A DNA stretch of 35,425 nucleotides from an uncultured Bacteroidota bacterium (GCA_903819815.1 CAIJFC010000110.1:1-35425); one strand, 5' to 3'. Numbered from the stretch's first letter, positions 24,727 to 34,793 are shown. Notes: a model not told the origin generated them from the letters alone. Translations and numbers: made by a program.

Positions 24727-27700
24727 CTAGAAATAAGCTCTAAGCTGAACGTTTCCCGTATGGATGGCATTACTATTTTCACTTTTTCTGCCTTGGTAAT
24801 TTAAATTAATATCTAAATAATCGGTGAGGTTTTTTTGAATTAGTAAGCGCCAAGTACTATTAGAACCCGGTTGTAATCCCTCCAACATTTCATAGGCTAC
24901 AGGCGTTAAACCACTTCCTACGAAGCCGTTTTCATAAATAGAAAATTCGCCATTCATAGTTAGTTTTTTTTCTGAAGAATAGGTGAAAGAAGTCCCAAAT
25001 CGGCTTTGCGCCAATGTTTCTAAGGAGCCTAAATTGTTTTTTTTGCTTTGATATTCGTAAAATAGATCCCAACTCGCATTTTTAGAGAATAAATAGGAAA
25101 TTTTAGGAGCCAGCTGATACCCTTTTAAAAGATAGTTTCTGGCAGAATAATTCTCTGACGACATCTCCGAATCAATAGTTTTCGAACCAAAATTCAAAAG
25201 CCAATTTTTTTCATATAAATGGGTGTATTGTAATTGATGCGATTGATTTGAATTTTCTTGAGAACCCACAGAAAGTAAGTTTTTTATTCTCCCCATCAGA
25301 AAAGTATAGGTCATAGAATGCTTTTGTTTGCCTCTATTAAAAAACAAACTGTTTCTAAAACTTGAATTCAAACCCAATAAATTGGTGTCATTTGAGCTAA
25401 ATGGATTAAAATCGAAATCATCACCAAGACGTTCTATTTTTCGTTCTCCAAGAAAAGCAGTTTGATTGTAGAAATAAGATAAAAGGTGTTTAAATCCTTT
25501 TTCATTTTGCCATTGACTCATATTTATTGTCACCGATTGAGAGAATTTATTCTGATGTGTTTTCAGGTAAACTTGGTTCGGTAAAAAGATCCTAATGTAT
25601 TTTGCTTGGTCTATAAAAGCGGCTACTTGAAACTCCTCTAAGTCTTGAATTCCGTTGCTATTATAATCACTCCAGGAGTAAATCCCACGTCCCGGCTCAA
25701 CCTCAAGGTAGGTAAATTCTTGTTGAGCAATAGACCCCGAATTGGTTTCATAAGCCGTTGTGAGCTGAATTAATTGATTAAAAAAACGATCATTATATAG
25801 TACTCTAGAATTTAATGAAGGCTCAGAAGCCCTGGTTAAATCGGTAAATTTTAAATTTCTGTAATTTACAAATACGGATAAATCACGAGCGTCTGTTTTT
25901 ATTAATTTGGATTTTAAATAATACGATTGGGAATTATTTACTCGTTTAATAATACCACTTTGGATACTATCATTCGACCTATTTAAATAGCCCAACTCCA
26001 CAAAAACTTTTGTACTATCGCCACGACCAATAAACCCTCCAATTTCAGTAAATTTCTGACTCAATGAAGAAAACAAGTTGGTTGACTTCAATTTTTCTTG
26101 GTTGTCTTCTAAACGCAATGTTGCTCCAGCCCAATTTTTATTATAATGATATTTTATCTGCGTTTGATTTCGAATAAAAACAGACGACGAATATTTACTT
26201 TCACTTTTCAAAAAACTACCTTTATTTTGAATATTCCATTTCTTCAAGGTTAAATTACCATTCAGCACTTGACGAGTCCCAGAAAAGCTGTCTTTGAATC
26301 CCAAATTTTCAAATTGATACGTAATATTTCCTTTTTCGGGAAGGTTAAAATGCAATCCTGAAACCAAATAGCTTTGTGTTCCAATGGGATTATTTAAATT
26401 CCAATCTCTATCAAATTCAATGGTAAACAATCGTTCAATAGTTTTAAATTGCTTTTGAATCAATTGATAATTGGTAAAAAAATCTATTTTCCATTTTTTT
26501 GAAAATAGTTGTTGCCGTAAATTAATTTTTCCCGCAATACCACGATTATCAGAATCATCGATGGAAGAAAACAGGTTATTATCGTTATTGCTAACGCCAA
26601 TTTCAAAATCCAAACTGGTTTTTTCTGAAGGGTTATACTTTCCTAAAACGGTCGCAATTTGAAGTTCTGTTGGAGCAATTAATCGTACTATTGGTTCGTA
26701 ATTTCCTTGGGGGATACCATTTATTGGCGCTACATAGCTGTATATTTTTCCGACTGCCGCAGCACTTGATAAAATATAATTTCCTAAATTAGTACCAATA
26801 AGTGAAAATTTTACATTGTACAATTCATCTGTAGGGACATTAGAATATACAAAAACAGAAATCCCATTAATTATCGTTTTTTTATAGAGTATTTTATTTT
26901 CCGAATAAGTATCCAAATAGGCTGAAGACGTTGACATTAAATCTGGATTATCACCAGCATTAACTAAAGTTTGAACTTGCCCAGCAGATAAATTTTGTTG
27001 CACAGCCTGGTTTTTCATATCATTTTCCGAATATAAATAACCTCCAATACTCCATTTTTCGTGTTCCTGTGTAGCCCCGGCATAAGTAATAAAACGCGTA
27101 TAATTTCTTTCTGAATATTGGTATTCTATCGAAATTCGCATTTCTGACGTTATAGGGAAAATGGAAGTAAACTTTATTTCACCCGCATTATAATCGATAA
27201 TATAATCGTTATTTTCTCCTCGCGTTAGTAGAATTCCATTCACATAAACGCGCTCAGAACCAGATATAACCAGGACGTATAATTCGCCATTTGCCCCTCG
27301 TAATTTATACGGCCCTTGATTCCCTTCTTGTCCTATAAAGGTGCTTTTCGCATATTTCCCCCTTACTAATGCTGCCGACGCGAAGACGGTGGTTTTCGAA
27401 TTGACGTTTCCAAATTCAAATCGGGAAGACAAACCTTGAACCTTTTTATTGAAATTTAAAAACTTCGAAGTTCTATTTTCTAAAAACAAATCACCCGCTC
27501 TTATGCTCCATTTGTCTGAACTTAATTCGATAAATAGTTGATCAAATTCATCTAGTCTCTGAGAATATCCTCCTTCTTGCAAAGGGATATTACTGTCTTG
27601 AATGGAAGCTCTTAAAGTCACTTTATCAGATATTTTTCCTGAAATTTGAAGATCTAAAGCGGAATTTAAAACCGAATTCTGATTGTTGCCAATAGTAATT

Positions 27701-28137
27701 CCTCTAGTTAAACTCCCAGAAGTGGTTAATCCGTCAAAAGGGACATATTTTTTCGCAGCAGCAAAATTAACTTGGTATAAATCTCCTAAAGCGGCATCGT
27801 TACTAACTACTCGACTTCTATCGTAAATGCTATATTCTTTAGTTAAGAAATCAGGAAACTTTAAAAATCGAACGGTTAAAGTGTCATTATAATTGGAAAA
27901 ACTAGGGTTAAATGTAAGTAGGCTTTTTTGAAAATCAATCTTATAATAGGAGGAATCAATAGGTTTTCCTTTGGCATTTTCTAATTTAAAAAAACTAGAA
28001 TTCAAACTAAGGCTATCCAGCTGAACCCCATTTTTTGAAGCTACTATTTTTTTGATTTTATAATGCGTAGAAAATTCTTGAGCCTTGAGCCCCGAGAATG
28101 AAATCAATAATAGCAAATAAAATAGCTTTCTCAACAT
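24727..28137 (-). CDS. Uncharacterised large outer-membrane beta-barrel protein
   Basis: Signal peptide (..GLKA-Q), many amphipathic beta-strand patterns, C-terminal beta-signal GNVQLRAYF. Confidence 0.8.
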   Translation of the reverse strand: MLRKLFYLLLLISFSGLKAQEFSTHYKIKKIVASKNGVQLDSLSLNSSFFKLENAKGKPIDSSYYKIDFQKSLLTFNPSFSNYNDTLTVRFLKFPDFLTKEYSIYDRSRVVSNDAALGDLYQVNFAAAKKYVPFDGLTTSGSLTRGITIGNNQNSVLNSALDLQISGKISDKVTLRASIQDSNIPLQEGGYSQRLDEFDQLFIELSSDKWSIRAGDLFLENRTSKFLNFNKKVQGLSSRFEFGNVNSKTTVFASAALVRGKYAKSTFIGQEGNQGPYKLRGANGELYVLVISGSERVYVNGILLTRGENNDYIIDYNAGEIKFTSIFPITSEMRISIEYQYSERNYTRFITYAGATQEHEKWSIGGYLYSENDMKNQAVQQNLSAGQVQTLVNAGDNPDLMSTSSAYLDTYSENKILYKKTIINGISVFVYSNVPTDELYNVKFSLIGTNLGNYILSSAAAVGKIYSYVAPINGIPQGNYEPIVRLIAPTELQIATVLGKYNPSEKTSLDFEIGVSNNDNNLFSSIDDSDNRGIAGKINLRQQLFSKKWKIDFFTNYQLIQKQFKTIERLFTIEFDRDWNLNNPIGTQSYLVSGLHFNLPEKGNITYQFENLGFKDSFSGTRQVLNGNLTLKKWNIQNKGSFLKSESKYSSSVFIRNQTQIKYHYNKNWAGATLRLEDNQEKLKSTNLFSSLSQKFTEIGGFIGRGDSTKVFVELGYLNRSNDSIQSGIIKRVNNSQSYYLKSKLIKTDARDLSVFVNYRNLKFTDLTRASEPSLNSRVLYNDRFFNQLIQLTTAYETNSGSIAQQEFTYLEVEPGRGIYSWSDYNSNGIQDLEEFQVAAFIDQAKYIRIFLPNQVYLKTHQNKFSQSVTINMSQWQNEKGFKHLLSYFYNQTAFLGERKIERLGDDFDFNPFSSNDTNLLGLNSSFRNSLFFNRGKQKHSMTYTFLMGRIKNLLSVGSQENSNQSHQLQYTHLYEKNWLLNFGSKTIDSEMSSENYSARNYLLKGYQLAPKISYLFSKNASWDLFYEYQSKKNNLGSLETLAQSRFGTSFTYSSEKKLTMNGEFSIYENGFVGSGLTPVAYEMLEGLQPGSNSTWRLLIQKNLTDYLDINLNYQGRKSENSNAIHTGNVQLRAYF

Positions 28138-28159
28138 AACAAGTATAACGCACAGACAT

Positions 28160-28167
28160 CAAAAGTA
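28160..28167 (-). promoter_or_regulatory. -7 box (TACTTTTG) for the large OMP gene
   Basis: CAAAAGTA on + strand, 22 nt upstream of the start. Confidence 0.7.
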
Positions 28168-28222
28168 GTGTGTTTTGTTTGAAAAAGCCAAGATTTGAAT
28201 TTTCAATAGCCCAATTGCTTTT

Positions 28223-29482
28223 TTAATTTTCCTCTTTTGTGATAATTTGCATCGTTTCGCGACTCACTTGTTTCAATAAAACCACCTTGTTTTTTTCAAC
28301 AATTTGGGCTGCTTTTTCATCAAAATGGCGAATGGTAAATAGAGAAACATTCTCGTTATAGGATATTTTAAATTTCTTAGACAGTATGGATTTTAGAGAA
28401 TTAAAATTCCCGAATTTATCATCAATACAGACAGAAAAACTAATTGCAGAATTTTGAATCAAACTCACTTTCATTTTATAATCGTGTAAAAGCGAAAATA
28501 TTTCACTTATGTTTTCCTCCATTATAAATGAAAAATCTATTGAAGAAAGAGAAAGTAACAATTGGTTTTTCTTTAAAATAAAACAAGGCAAATGAGGATC
28601 TAAATCGGCGCCTTTAGACACGCTTGTTCCCGGCAACGTTGGATTAATAAATGATTTTACAAATAACGGAATTTCCTTCTTTTGTAGGGGCTGTAACGTT
28701 TTTGGGTGAATTACTGTTGCACCATAAAAGGCCAATTCGATTGCTTCACGATAAGAAATTTGATTTAATAACTTCGCATTTTCAAAATAACGAGGATCGG
28801 CATTCATCACTCCAGGAACGTCTTTCCAAATCGTAACACTTTCAGCATTTAGGCAATAGGCAAAAATAGCCGCAGTATAATCAGAGCCTTCGCGACCTAA
28901 AGTGGTGGTAAAATTATTCTCATCTGAACCTAGGAAACCTTGTGTTACATTTAGAATTTTTTTCTTAACGGTTTTTGAAATCAATTTTTGAGTGGTGTCC
29001 CAATTCACGTTAGCGTCTCGGTAATTGGCATCGGTTTTAATTAAAGTTCTAACATCAATCCACTGGGTTTTTATTCCCGTAAAACTCATATAATGACTTA
29101 TTATTGTTGTAGAAATTAATTCACCAAAACTCACAATTTGGTCATAAACAAAATTATAATTGGGGGATTTATTCTGACTTACAAAATGGTCTAATTCAGC
29201 AAATAACGAATTTACATCTTTAAATACGGCATTTTTATCGTCTTCAAATAAATCTAAAAGAATTTGATTGTGGTATTTTTTTACTTCTTGAATCGAAGAT
29301 TGTAACTCAGGAGATTTATCAAAATAGTTATTTAGAACGACTTCAAGGGCATTAGTAGTTTTTCCCATCGCAGAAACCACTAATAGAACGTCCTCAAAAC
29401 CTACAGTTTGCAATACATTGTGAACGTTTCTAATACCTTCAGCATCTTTAACCGATGCGCCTCCAAATTTAAATATTCTCAT
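28223..29482 (-). CDS. lysC: Monofunctional aspartate kinase
   Basis: KFGGASV, VVSAMGKTTN, TTLGREGSDYTAA, WKDVPGVMNADPR, GATVIHPKT, C-terminal ACT-like region. Confidence 0.93.
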   Translation of the reverse strand: MRIFKFGGASVKDAEGIRNVHNVLQTVGFEDVLLVVSAMGKTTNALEVVLNNYFDKSPELQSSIQEVKKYHNQILLDLFEDDKNAVFKDVNSLFAELDHFVSQNKSPNYNFVYDQIVSFGELISTTIISHYMSFTGIKTQWIDVRTLIKTDANYRDANVNWDTTQKLISKTVKKKILNVTQGFLGSDENNFTTTLGREGSDYTAAIFAYCLNAESVTIWKDVPGVMNADPRYFENAKLLNQISYREAIELAFYGATVIHPKTLQPLQKKEIPLFVKSFINPTLPGTSVSKGADLDPHLPCFILKKNQLLLSLSSIDFSFIMEENISEIFSLLHDYKMKVSLIQNSAISFSVCIDDKFGNFNSLKSILSKKFKISYNENVSLFTIRHFDEKAAQIVEKNKVVLLKQVSRETMQIITKEEN

Positions 29483-29494
29483 TTCTTAAGATAA

Positions 29495-29974
29495 TTATAG
29501 TTTGTTTTTCTCTAAAAAAGCGTCAATTCCTTTTTCGTCCATTTGAGCTACAAGCCAATCTTTATATACCCGCGCCCCAGATTTTTCATAAAATTCAATA
29601 GCTGGCGTATTCCAATCCAATACATTCCATTCAATTCTTCGAACGCCATCATATTTGCCTTGAGCAATCACTTCGGAATACAATTTAAACCCCAATCCCA
29701 ATCCTCTTTTATCTTCCTTAATGATTAAGTCTTCAAGGTGAATTGTTTTGCCTTTCCAGGTTGAATACCGATAATAATACAAAGCCATTCCCACAATTCC
29801 TTCATTATCTTCGGCAATAAAAGTATGAAATAATGGGCTTTCGCCAAATCCATCTCGCTCTAAATCGGCAACAGTTACCGCGACAGCGTTGGGTTCTTTC
29901 TCAAAAGTAGCAAGTTCCTTTATCAGACTTAAAACCGCTGTCATGTCATCAATTTTTCCTTTTCTTATGTTCAT
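29495..29974 (-). CDS. GNAT acetyltransferase of the SSAT (diamine/thialysine acetyltransferase) type
   Basis: LIKELATFEK, DGFG..P.F, YSTWKG..IHLEDL, RGLGLG, VLDWN.PAIEFY. Confidence 0.88.
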   Translation of the reverse strand: MNIRKGKIDDMTAVLSLIKELATFEKEPNAVAVTVADLERDGFGESPLFHTFIAEDNEGIVGMALYYYRYSTWKGKTIHLEDLIIKEDKRGLGLGFKLYSEVIAQGKYDGVRRIEWNVLDWNTPAIEFYEKSGARVYKDWLVAQMDEKGIDAFLEKNKL

Positions 29975-30055
29975 TAAATGGACTTATTGGTATAGAATTC
30001 TTAATTTGAAACTTGTAAAAAAACAGATTTAAAATTTAAATTGCTAATTATTCAG

Positions 30056-30063
30056 CAAATATA
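30056..30063 (-). promoter_or_regulatory. -7 box (TATATTTG) for the GNAT-lysC operon
   Basis: CAAATATA on + strand in the divergent intergenic region. Confidence 0.6.
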
Positions 30064-30149
30064 CAAATCTGACAAACTATCCAATAAAATTCGACGCATT
30101 ATCACAAAAATAACGATATTTGTGGAAAATTAACTACAACGTTATAGTA

Positions 30150-31169
30150 ATGGAACACCGCAATAGAACACTGGGAGAATTTATTATCGAAAACCAAAAT
30201 TCGTTTCAATATTCATCAGGGGAATTGTCAAGAATTATCAATTCTATTCGATTAGCCGCAAAAGTGGTCAACTATAAAGTAAATAAAGCCGGATTAGTTG
30301 ACATTATTGGAGCTGCTGGAGAGCAAAATATTCAGGGCGAAGACCAACAAAAGCTGGATGTTTATGCTAATGAGATTTTCATTCAAACACTTATAAATCG
30401 AGAAATTGTTTGCGGAATTGCTTCCGAAGAAAACGATGAGTTTATTACTGTTGCAGGAAATGACAATTGCCATAACAACAAATACGTGGTTTTAATGGAT
30501 CCGCTTGATGGATCTTCAAATATTGATGTGAATGTTTCTTTAGGGACCATTTTTTCAGTATATCGTAGAGTTTCACCCGTAGGAACCCCTGTTACAATTG
30601 AGGATTTTCTTCAACCAGGAATCAATCAGGTTGCAGCCGGTTATGTAATTTACGGAACTTCAACCATGCTAGTTTATACTACTGGTGACGGCGTGAACGG
30701 ATTTACTCTGAACCCCGCAATTGGAACTTTCTATCTTTCACATCCGAATATGAAATTTGCCGAAGATGGAACTATTTATTCTATTAATGAAGGAAATTAC
30801 ATCCATTTTCCGCAAGGAGTAAAAGATTACATTAAATATTGCCAAACCGAAGAAGGCGACAGGCCTTACACTTCAAGATACATTGGAAGTTTGGTTTCCG
30901 ATTTTCATAGAAATATGATTAAAGGCGGAATTTACATTTATCCAACGAGTTCGAAATCTCCAAATGGAAAATTACGGTTGTTGTACGAATGCAATCCGAT
31001 GGCTTTTATTGCTGAACAAGCTGGTGGGAAAGCGTCAGACGGATATACTAGAATCATGGAAATTCAGCCTAATGAACTGCATGAAAGAGCCCCTTTTTTC
31101 TGCGGAAGTAGCAATATGGTGGATAAAGCCGAAGAATTTATGCGACTTGCAAAATTAAGCAAGTACTAA
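30150..31169 (+). CDS. fbp: Class 1 fructose-1,6-bisphosphatase
   Basis: [50 protein letters not shown]; start set at ATG 30150. Confidence 0.97.
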   Translation: MEHRNRTLGEFIIENQNSFQYSSGELSRIINSIRLAAKVVNYKVNKAGLVDIIGAAGEQNIQGEDQQKLDVYANEIFIQTLINREIVCGIASEENDEFITVAGNDNCHNNKYVVLMDPLDGSSNIDVNVSLGTIFSVYRRVSPVGTPVTIEDFLQPGINQVAAGYVIYGTSTMLVYTTGDGVNGFTLNPAIGTFYLSHPNMKFAEDGTIYSINEGNYIHFPQGVKDYIKYCQTEEGDRPYTSRYIGSLVSDFHRNMIKGGIYIYPTSSKSPNGKLRLLYECNPMAFIAEQAGGKASDGYTRIMEIQPNELHERAPFFCGSSNMVDKAEEFMRLAKLSKY

Positions 31170-31240
31170 ACATCGAAATTTTATCCATTTTTTTGTTAAC
31201 CTAAACTAAAATCCAACACTTTTATTTTCAAAATAATTCG

Positions 31241-31248
31241 TAAGTTTG
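31241..31248 (+). promoter_or_regulatory. -7 box (TAAGTTTG) for the HupE-deaminase-S41 operon
   Basis: Exact TAnnTTTG 28 nt upstream of ATG 31277. Confidence 0.7.
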
Positions 31249-31276
31249 ACATTCATTAAATCGCTAAAAATAGCCT

Positions 31277-31870
31277 ATGTCGGATTTTTGGATTTACTTC
31301 GAAGTTGGAATGCGTCACGTATTAAATATATTTTCCTACGATCACGTATTGTTTTTAATTGCATTAAGCGTTCCTTATGTATTTAAAGATTGGAAAAAAG
31401 TATTACTATTAATCTCCCTTTTTACAGTTGGTCACACCATAGCATTACTGCTTTCGGTATATGGAATTGTAGTTGTGAAAATTAATTTGATAGAATTTTT
31501 AATACCAATTACCATTTTAATAACGGCATTATTTCACCTTTTTACTGCTGGAAAAACAGCTAAAAAAGAAAGCATAAGTGTTATTGGTTTTATAGCGTTG
31601 TTTTTTGGAATTATACACGGGTTGGGTTATGCAACTTATTTTAAATCAATAATTGGAGTAAAATCAGAATCAAAATTACTGCCGCTTTTAGAGTTTGCTA
31701 CAGGAATTGAAGCTGCGCAAATTATTGTTGTATTAATAGCATTAATTGCCGCTTATTGTGTGCAAACACTCTTTCGATTTTCAAAAAGAGATTGGACATT
31801 AGTAATGTCTTCATTTGTAATTGGCGTAGTTTTGCCAATGATAATTGAAAGTAAAATTTGGATTAGATAA
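31277..31870 (+). CDS. HupE/UreJ-family membrane protein
   Basis: GMRHV....YDHVLF, FTVGHT, FFGIIHGLGYA, GIEAAQ motifs; multiple TM helices. Confidence 0.88.
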   Translation: MSDFWIYFEVGMRHVLNIFSYDHVLFLIALSVPYVFKDWKKVLLLISLFTVGHTIALLLSVYGIVVVKINLIEFLIPITILITALFHLFTAGKTAKKESISVIGFIALFFGIIHGLGYATYFKSIIGVKSESKLLPLLEFATGIEAAQIIVVLIALIAAYCVQTLFRFSKRDWTLVMSSFVIGVVLPMIIESKIWIR

Positions 31871-31871
31871 A

Positions 31872-32303
31872 ATGGAAAAAACAAAATTAAATAAATACGA
31901 TAAAGCCTATCTTCGAATTGCTTCTGAATGGGGACAACTTTCCTATTGCAAACGCCGTCAAGTGGGAGCAATAATTGTTCGCGACAGAATGATTATTTCT
32001 GATGGATACAATGGCACGCCTTCAGGATTTGAAAATTGTTGTGAAGATGAAGAAGGGTTAACCCAATGGTTTGTCCTTCACGCTGAAGCAAATGCTATTT
32101 TGAAAGTAGCTCGTTCTACACAAACTTGTGATGGAGCAACGCTGTACATTACCCTTTCCCCTTGTAAAGAATGCAGTAAACTAATTCACCAATCAGGGAT
32201 AAAAAGAGTCGTTTATCAAAACGGCTATCGCGATGATTCAGGACTTCAATTTTTGATGAAAGCAGGAATCGAAGTAGAACAAATTTCGGATTTAGATTCA
32301 TAA
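31872..32303 (+). CDS. dCMP deaminase family protein (ComEB-like)
   Basis: VGAIIV, GYNGTPSG, HAEANA and PCKEC zinc motifs; start set at ATG 31872, just after the upstream stop. Confidence 0.93.
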   Translation: MEKTKLNKYDKAYLRIASEWGQLSYCKRRQVGAIIVRDRMIISDGYNGTPSGFENCCEDEEGLTQWFVLHAEANAILKVARSTQTCDGATLYITLSPCKECSKLIHQSGIKRVVYQNGYRDDSGLQFLMKAGIEVEQISDLDS

Positions 32304-33878
32304 ATGAAAATCAACCCCAACTACTATCCTGTTTTGTTTTTTGGAACCTTAGCCCTAGGAATAGTGCTTGGCGCAACTCTTAATTTTCCATTTCAAGGCA
32401 ATTTATCGGCCTCAGAAAACCATAGAAACAAGCTAAATAAATTAATTGATTTTATTGATAATGAGTATGTTGACAAAGTGAATACCGATTCCATTGTAGA
32501 TTTAGCCGCATCCAATATCCTTGACAAATTAGACCCACATTCTGTTTATGTTCCAAAAAGTGAACAAACGCAACTTGCAGAAACCATGAAAGGCGATTTT
32601 GTGGGAATTGGAGTTAATTTTTATATGTTAAATGACACCATAGCTATTGTAAATCCAGTGGTGGGTGGCCCTTCAGAAAAAGCAGGAATAAAATCGGGAG
32701 ATCGAATATTGTATGCTAACAAAGAAAAGTTATTTGGTAGAAATCTAACTTCGGAAGATTTATATTCAAGGTTAAAAGGAGAAAAAGGAACAGATGTTAC
32801 GCTCACAATTTATAGAAAAAGCGAAAACAAAAAACTACAAATCCAGTTAAAACGAGGTGTTGTTGCCATAGAAAGCATTGCTGCCTCAGTAATGATAAAT
32901 CCAACTTTAGGATATATTAAAATCAATCGTTTTGCCGAAACTACTCACGACGAATTTAAAAAAGGGTTACTTGAATTAAAAAAACTAGGCGCAAAATCAC
33001 TGGTAATTGATGTTCGTGATAACGGCGGCGGCTACATGGAAATTGCAGCTAAAATTGCCGATGAATTATTAAAAGACAAGCAATTAATAGTTTTTACCAA
33101 AAATAAAAAAGGGAAAATAGACAAGACCTATGCTACGGAAGACGGAGAATTTGAAACAGGAAAAGTATATATTTTAATTAATGAAAATTCTGCTTCAGCA
33201 AGTGAAATCTTAGCCGGTGCAATTCAAGACAACGACCGTGGAACAGTTATTGGACGACGATCCTTTGGAAAAGGCTTGGTGCAACGCGAAATGAATTTTC
33301 AAGACGGATCTGCCGTTCGACTCACTATTGCTAGGTATTACACTCCAACCGGTCGTTCTATTCAAAAACCATACGAAAAAGGAATCGACGATTATAATAG
33401 CGATTTCGACAAACGAATGACGAGCGGAGAATTGTATAAAAAAGATTTTATTAAAGTAGATTCTAAACTTAAATATAAAACTCCAAAAGGGAATATTGTT
33501 TATGGCGGAGGCGGAATTGTGCCCGATGTTTTTGTGCCTCTAGAAGTAGAACACGGCGAAGAAGGCGTAATTTATTTGATGCAATCTGGGGCAGTTGGGT
33601 ATTTTGTTTTTGAAGAATTAGACAAAAATAGAAAGCAATTTCAAGGATTGAAAATAGCTCAAATGATCTCAAAAATCGAAAACGGTGAAATTTATTATGA
33701 AAATTTCAAAAAATATTTGTCAAAAAACGGCTTGGTTCTAAAATTAGATAAAGACAAAAAGTGGGTAAAAAGATATTTAACTGCAGAATTTGTAAGACAA
33801 TTATTTGGCGAGAAATACTATTATTCGCTAATAGTTAAGGAAGATGCGATGATAAAAAAAGCGCAATCTTTAAAATAA
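32304..33878 (+). CDS. S41 family C-terminal processing peptidase with PDZ domain
   Basis: LDPHS, PDZ GIG, DVRDNGGG, SASASEI (catalytic Ser), SFGKG (catalytic Lys), ARYYTP.GRSIQ, GIVPDV. Confidence 0.95.
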   Translation: MKINPNYYPVLFFGTLALGIVLGATLNFPFQGNLSASENHRNKLNKLIDFIDNEYVDKVNTDSIVDLAASNILDKLDPHSVYVPKSEQTQLAETMKGDFVGIGVNFYMLNDTIAIVNPVVGGPSEKAGIKSGDRILYANKEKLFGRNLTSEDLYSRLKGEKGTDVTLTIYRKSENKKLQIQLKRGVVAIESIAASVMINPTLGYIKINRFAETTHDEFKKGLLELKKLGAKSLVIDVRDNGGGYMEIAAKIADELLKDKQLIVFTKNKKGKIDKTYATEDGEFETGKVYILINENSASASEILAGAIQDNDRGTVIGRRSFGKGLVQREMNFQDGSAVRLTIARYYTPTGRSIQKPYEKGIDDYNSDFDKRMTSGELYKKDFIKVDSKLKYKTPKGNIVYGGGGIVPDVFVPLEVEHGEEGVIYLMQSGAVGYFVFEELDKNRKQFQGLKIAQMISKIENGEIYYENFKKYLSKNGLVLKLDKDKKWVKRYLTAEFVRQLFGEKYYYSLIVKEDAMIKKAQSLK

Positions 33879-33888
33879 AAAATGCAAC

Positions 33889-34083
33889 TTATTTAGAACG
33901 CTCTTCAATTTTTTTAGACATTCTAAAAATTAATAGAATTAAAACCGCACAAATTGAGGCCACAATTCCAATTAGAGCTACCGAATTTTTACTACTAAAT
34001 AAATTCGTGTAATCAAGTAAAGTGATGTTAAAAACAATTAGTGCTAAGGCAATAACAACTAATATCGAGGTAAATATTTTCAT
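33889..34083 (-). CDS. Small 2-TM hypothetical membrane protein
   Basis: 64 aa, two hydrophobic helices and a basic C-terminus; fills the gap between S41 and marC. Confidence 0.75.
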   Translation of the reverse strand: MKIFTSILVVIALALIVFNITLLDYTNLFSSKNSVALIGIVASICAVLILLIFRMSKKIEERSK

Positions 34084-34122
34084 TGCTGATGTATTTTAAA
34101 GCGTAAAAATACTAAAAATTAC

Positions 34123-34698
34123 CTACATAAATAAACCTTTAACATTACTGGCAAATAATTTAACAGCAATAGCTAGAAGTACAATTCCGAAAGTTTTTCT
34201 GATGACGCCTAAACCGTTTTTCCCCAACATTTTTTCAATTTTTGCTGACGATTTTAGCACACCATAAACAACAATAATATTTAAAACAATAGCTACCACA
34301 ATATTTTCTGTAGCATATTGCGCTTTTAAAGAAAGTAACGTCGTCATCGTTCCGGCGCCTGCAATTAATGGAAATGCTATGGGGACGATCGAAGCGGAAC
34401 TTGCTTCTTCATCTCGATAGATACGAATTCCTAAAATCATTTCTAAAGCCAGAAAGAACAATACAAATGATCCCGCTACTGCAAATGAATTCACGTCAAT
34501 TCCGATAAGTTTTAAAAGACCAACTCCAGCAAACAAAAACACAATCATGATAATTCCCGCCACAATTGACGCTTTTTCAGATTCGATGTGTCCGTGTTTA
34601 GTTCTTAAATCCACAATAATAGGAATAGTTCCTACGATATCAATTACGGCAAAAAGCACCATTCCAACCGTTGCAATTTCTTTAAAATCAAGTTCCAT
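34123..34698 (-). CDS. marC: MarC family integral membrane protein
   Basis: LFAVIDIVG.IP, GI....F.VAG, IVPIAFPLIAGAG, LG..G..VI.K.FG..LLAIAV. Confidence 0.9.
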   Translation of the reverse strand: MELDFKEIATVGMVLFAVIDIVGTIPIIVDLRTKHGHIESEKASIVAGIIMIVFLFAGVGLLKLIGIDVNSFAVAGSFVLFFLALEMILGIRIYRDEEASSASIVPIAFPLIAGAGTMTTLLSLKAQYATENIVVAIVLNIIVVYGVLKSSAKIEKMLGKNGLGVIRKTFGIVLLAIAVKLFASNVKGLFM

Positions 34699-34718
34699 AC
34701 TAGCGGGGTTTTAGAGTA

Positions 34719-34726
34719 CAAAAGTA
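34719..34726 (-). promoter_or_regulatory. -7 box (TACTTTTG) for marC
   Basis: CAAAAGTA on + strand, 20 nt upstream of the start. Confidence 0.7.
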
Positions 34727-34793
34727 GCTATTTAATAAAGAAATTAAGTGAAATTATTGTTATTATTATTTAAATGCAATTCAAAACAATAGT

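Noticed and set aside
28182-28224. AAAAAGC...GCTTTTT dyad after lysC as a terminator
   Set aside because: The stem is short and the intervening loop long; not convincingly a terminator.
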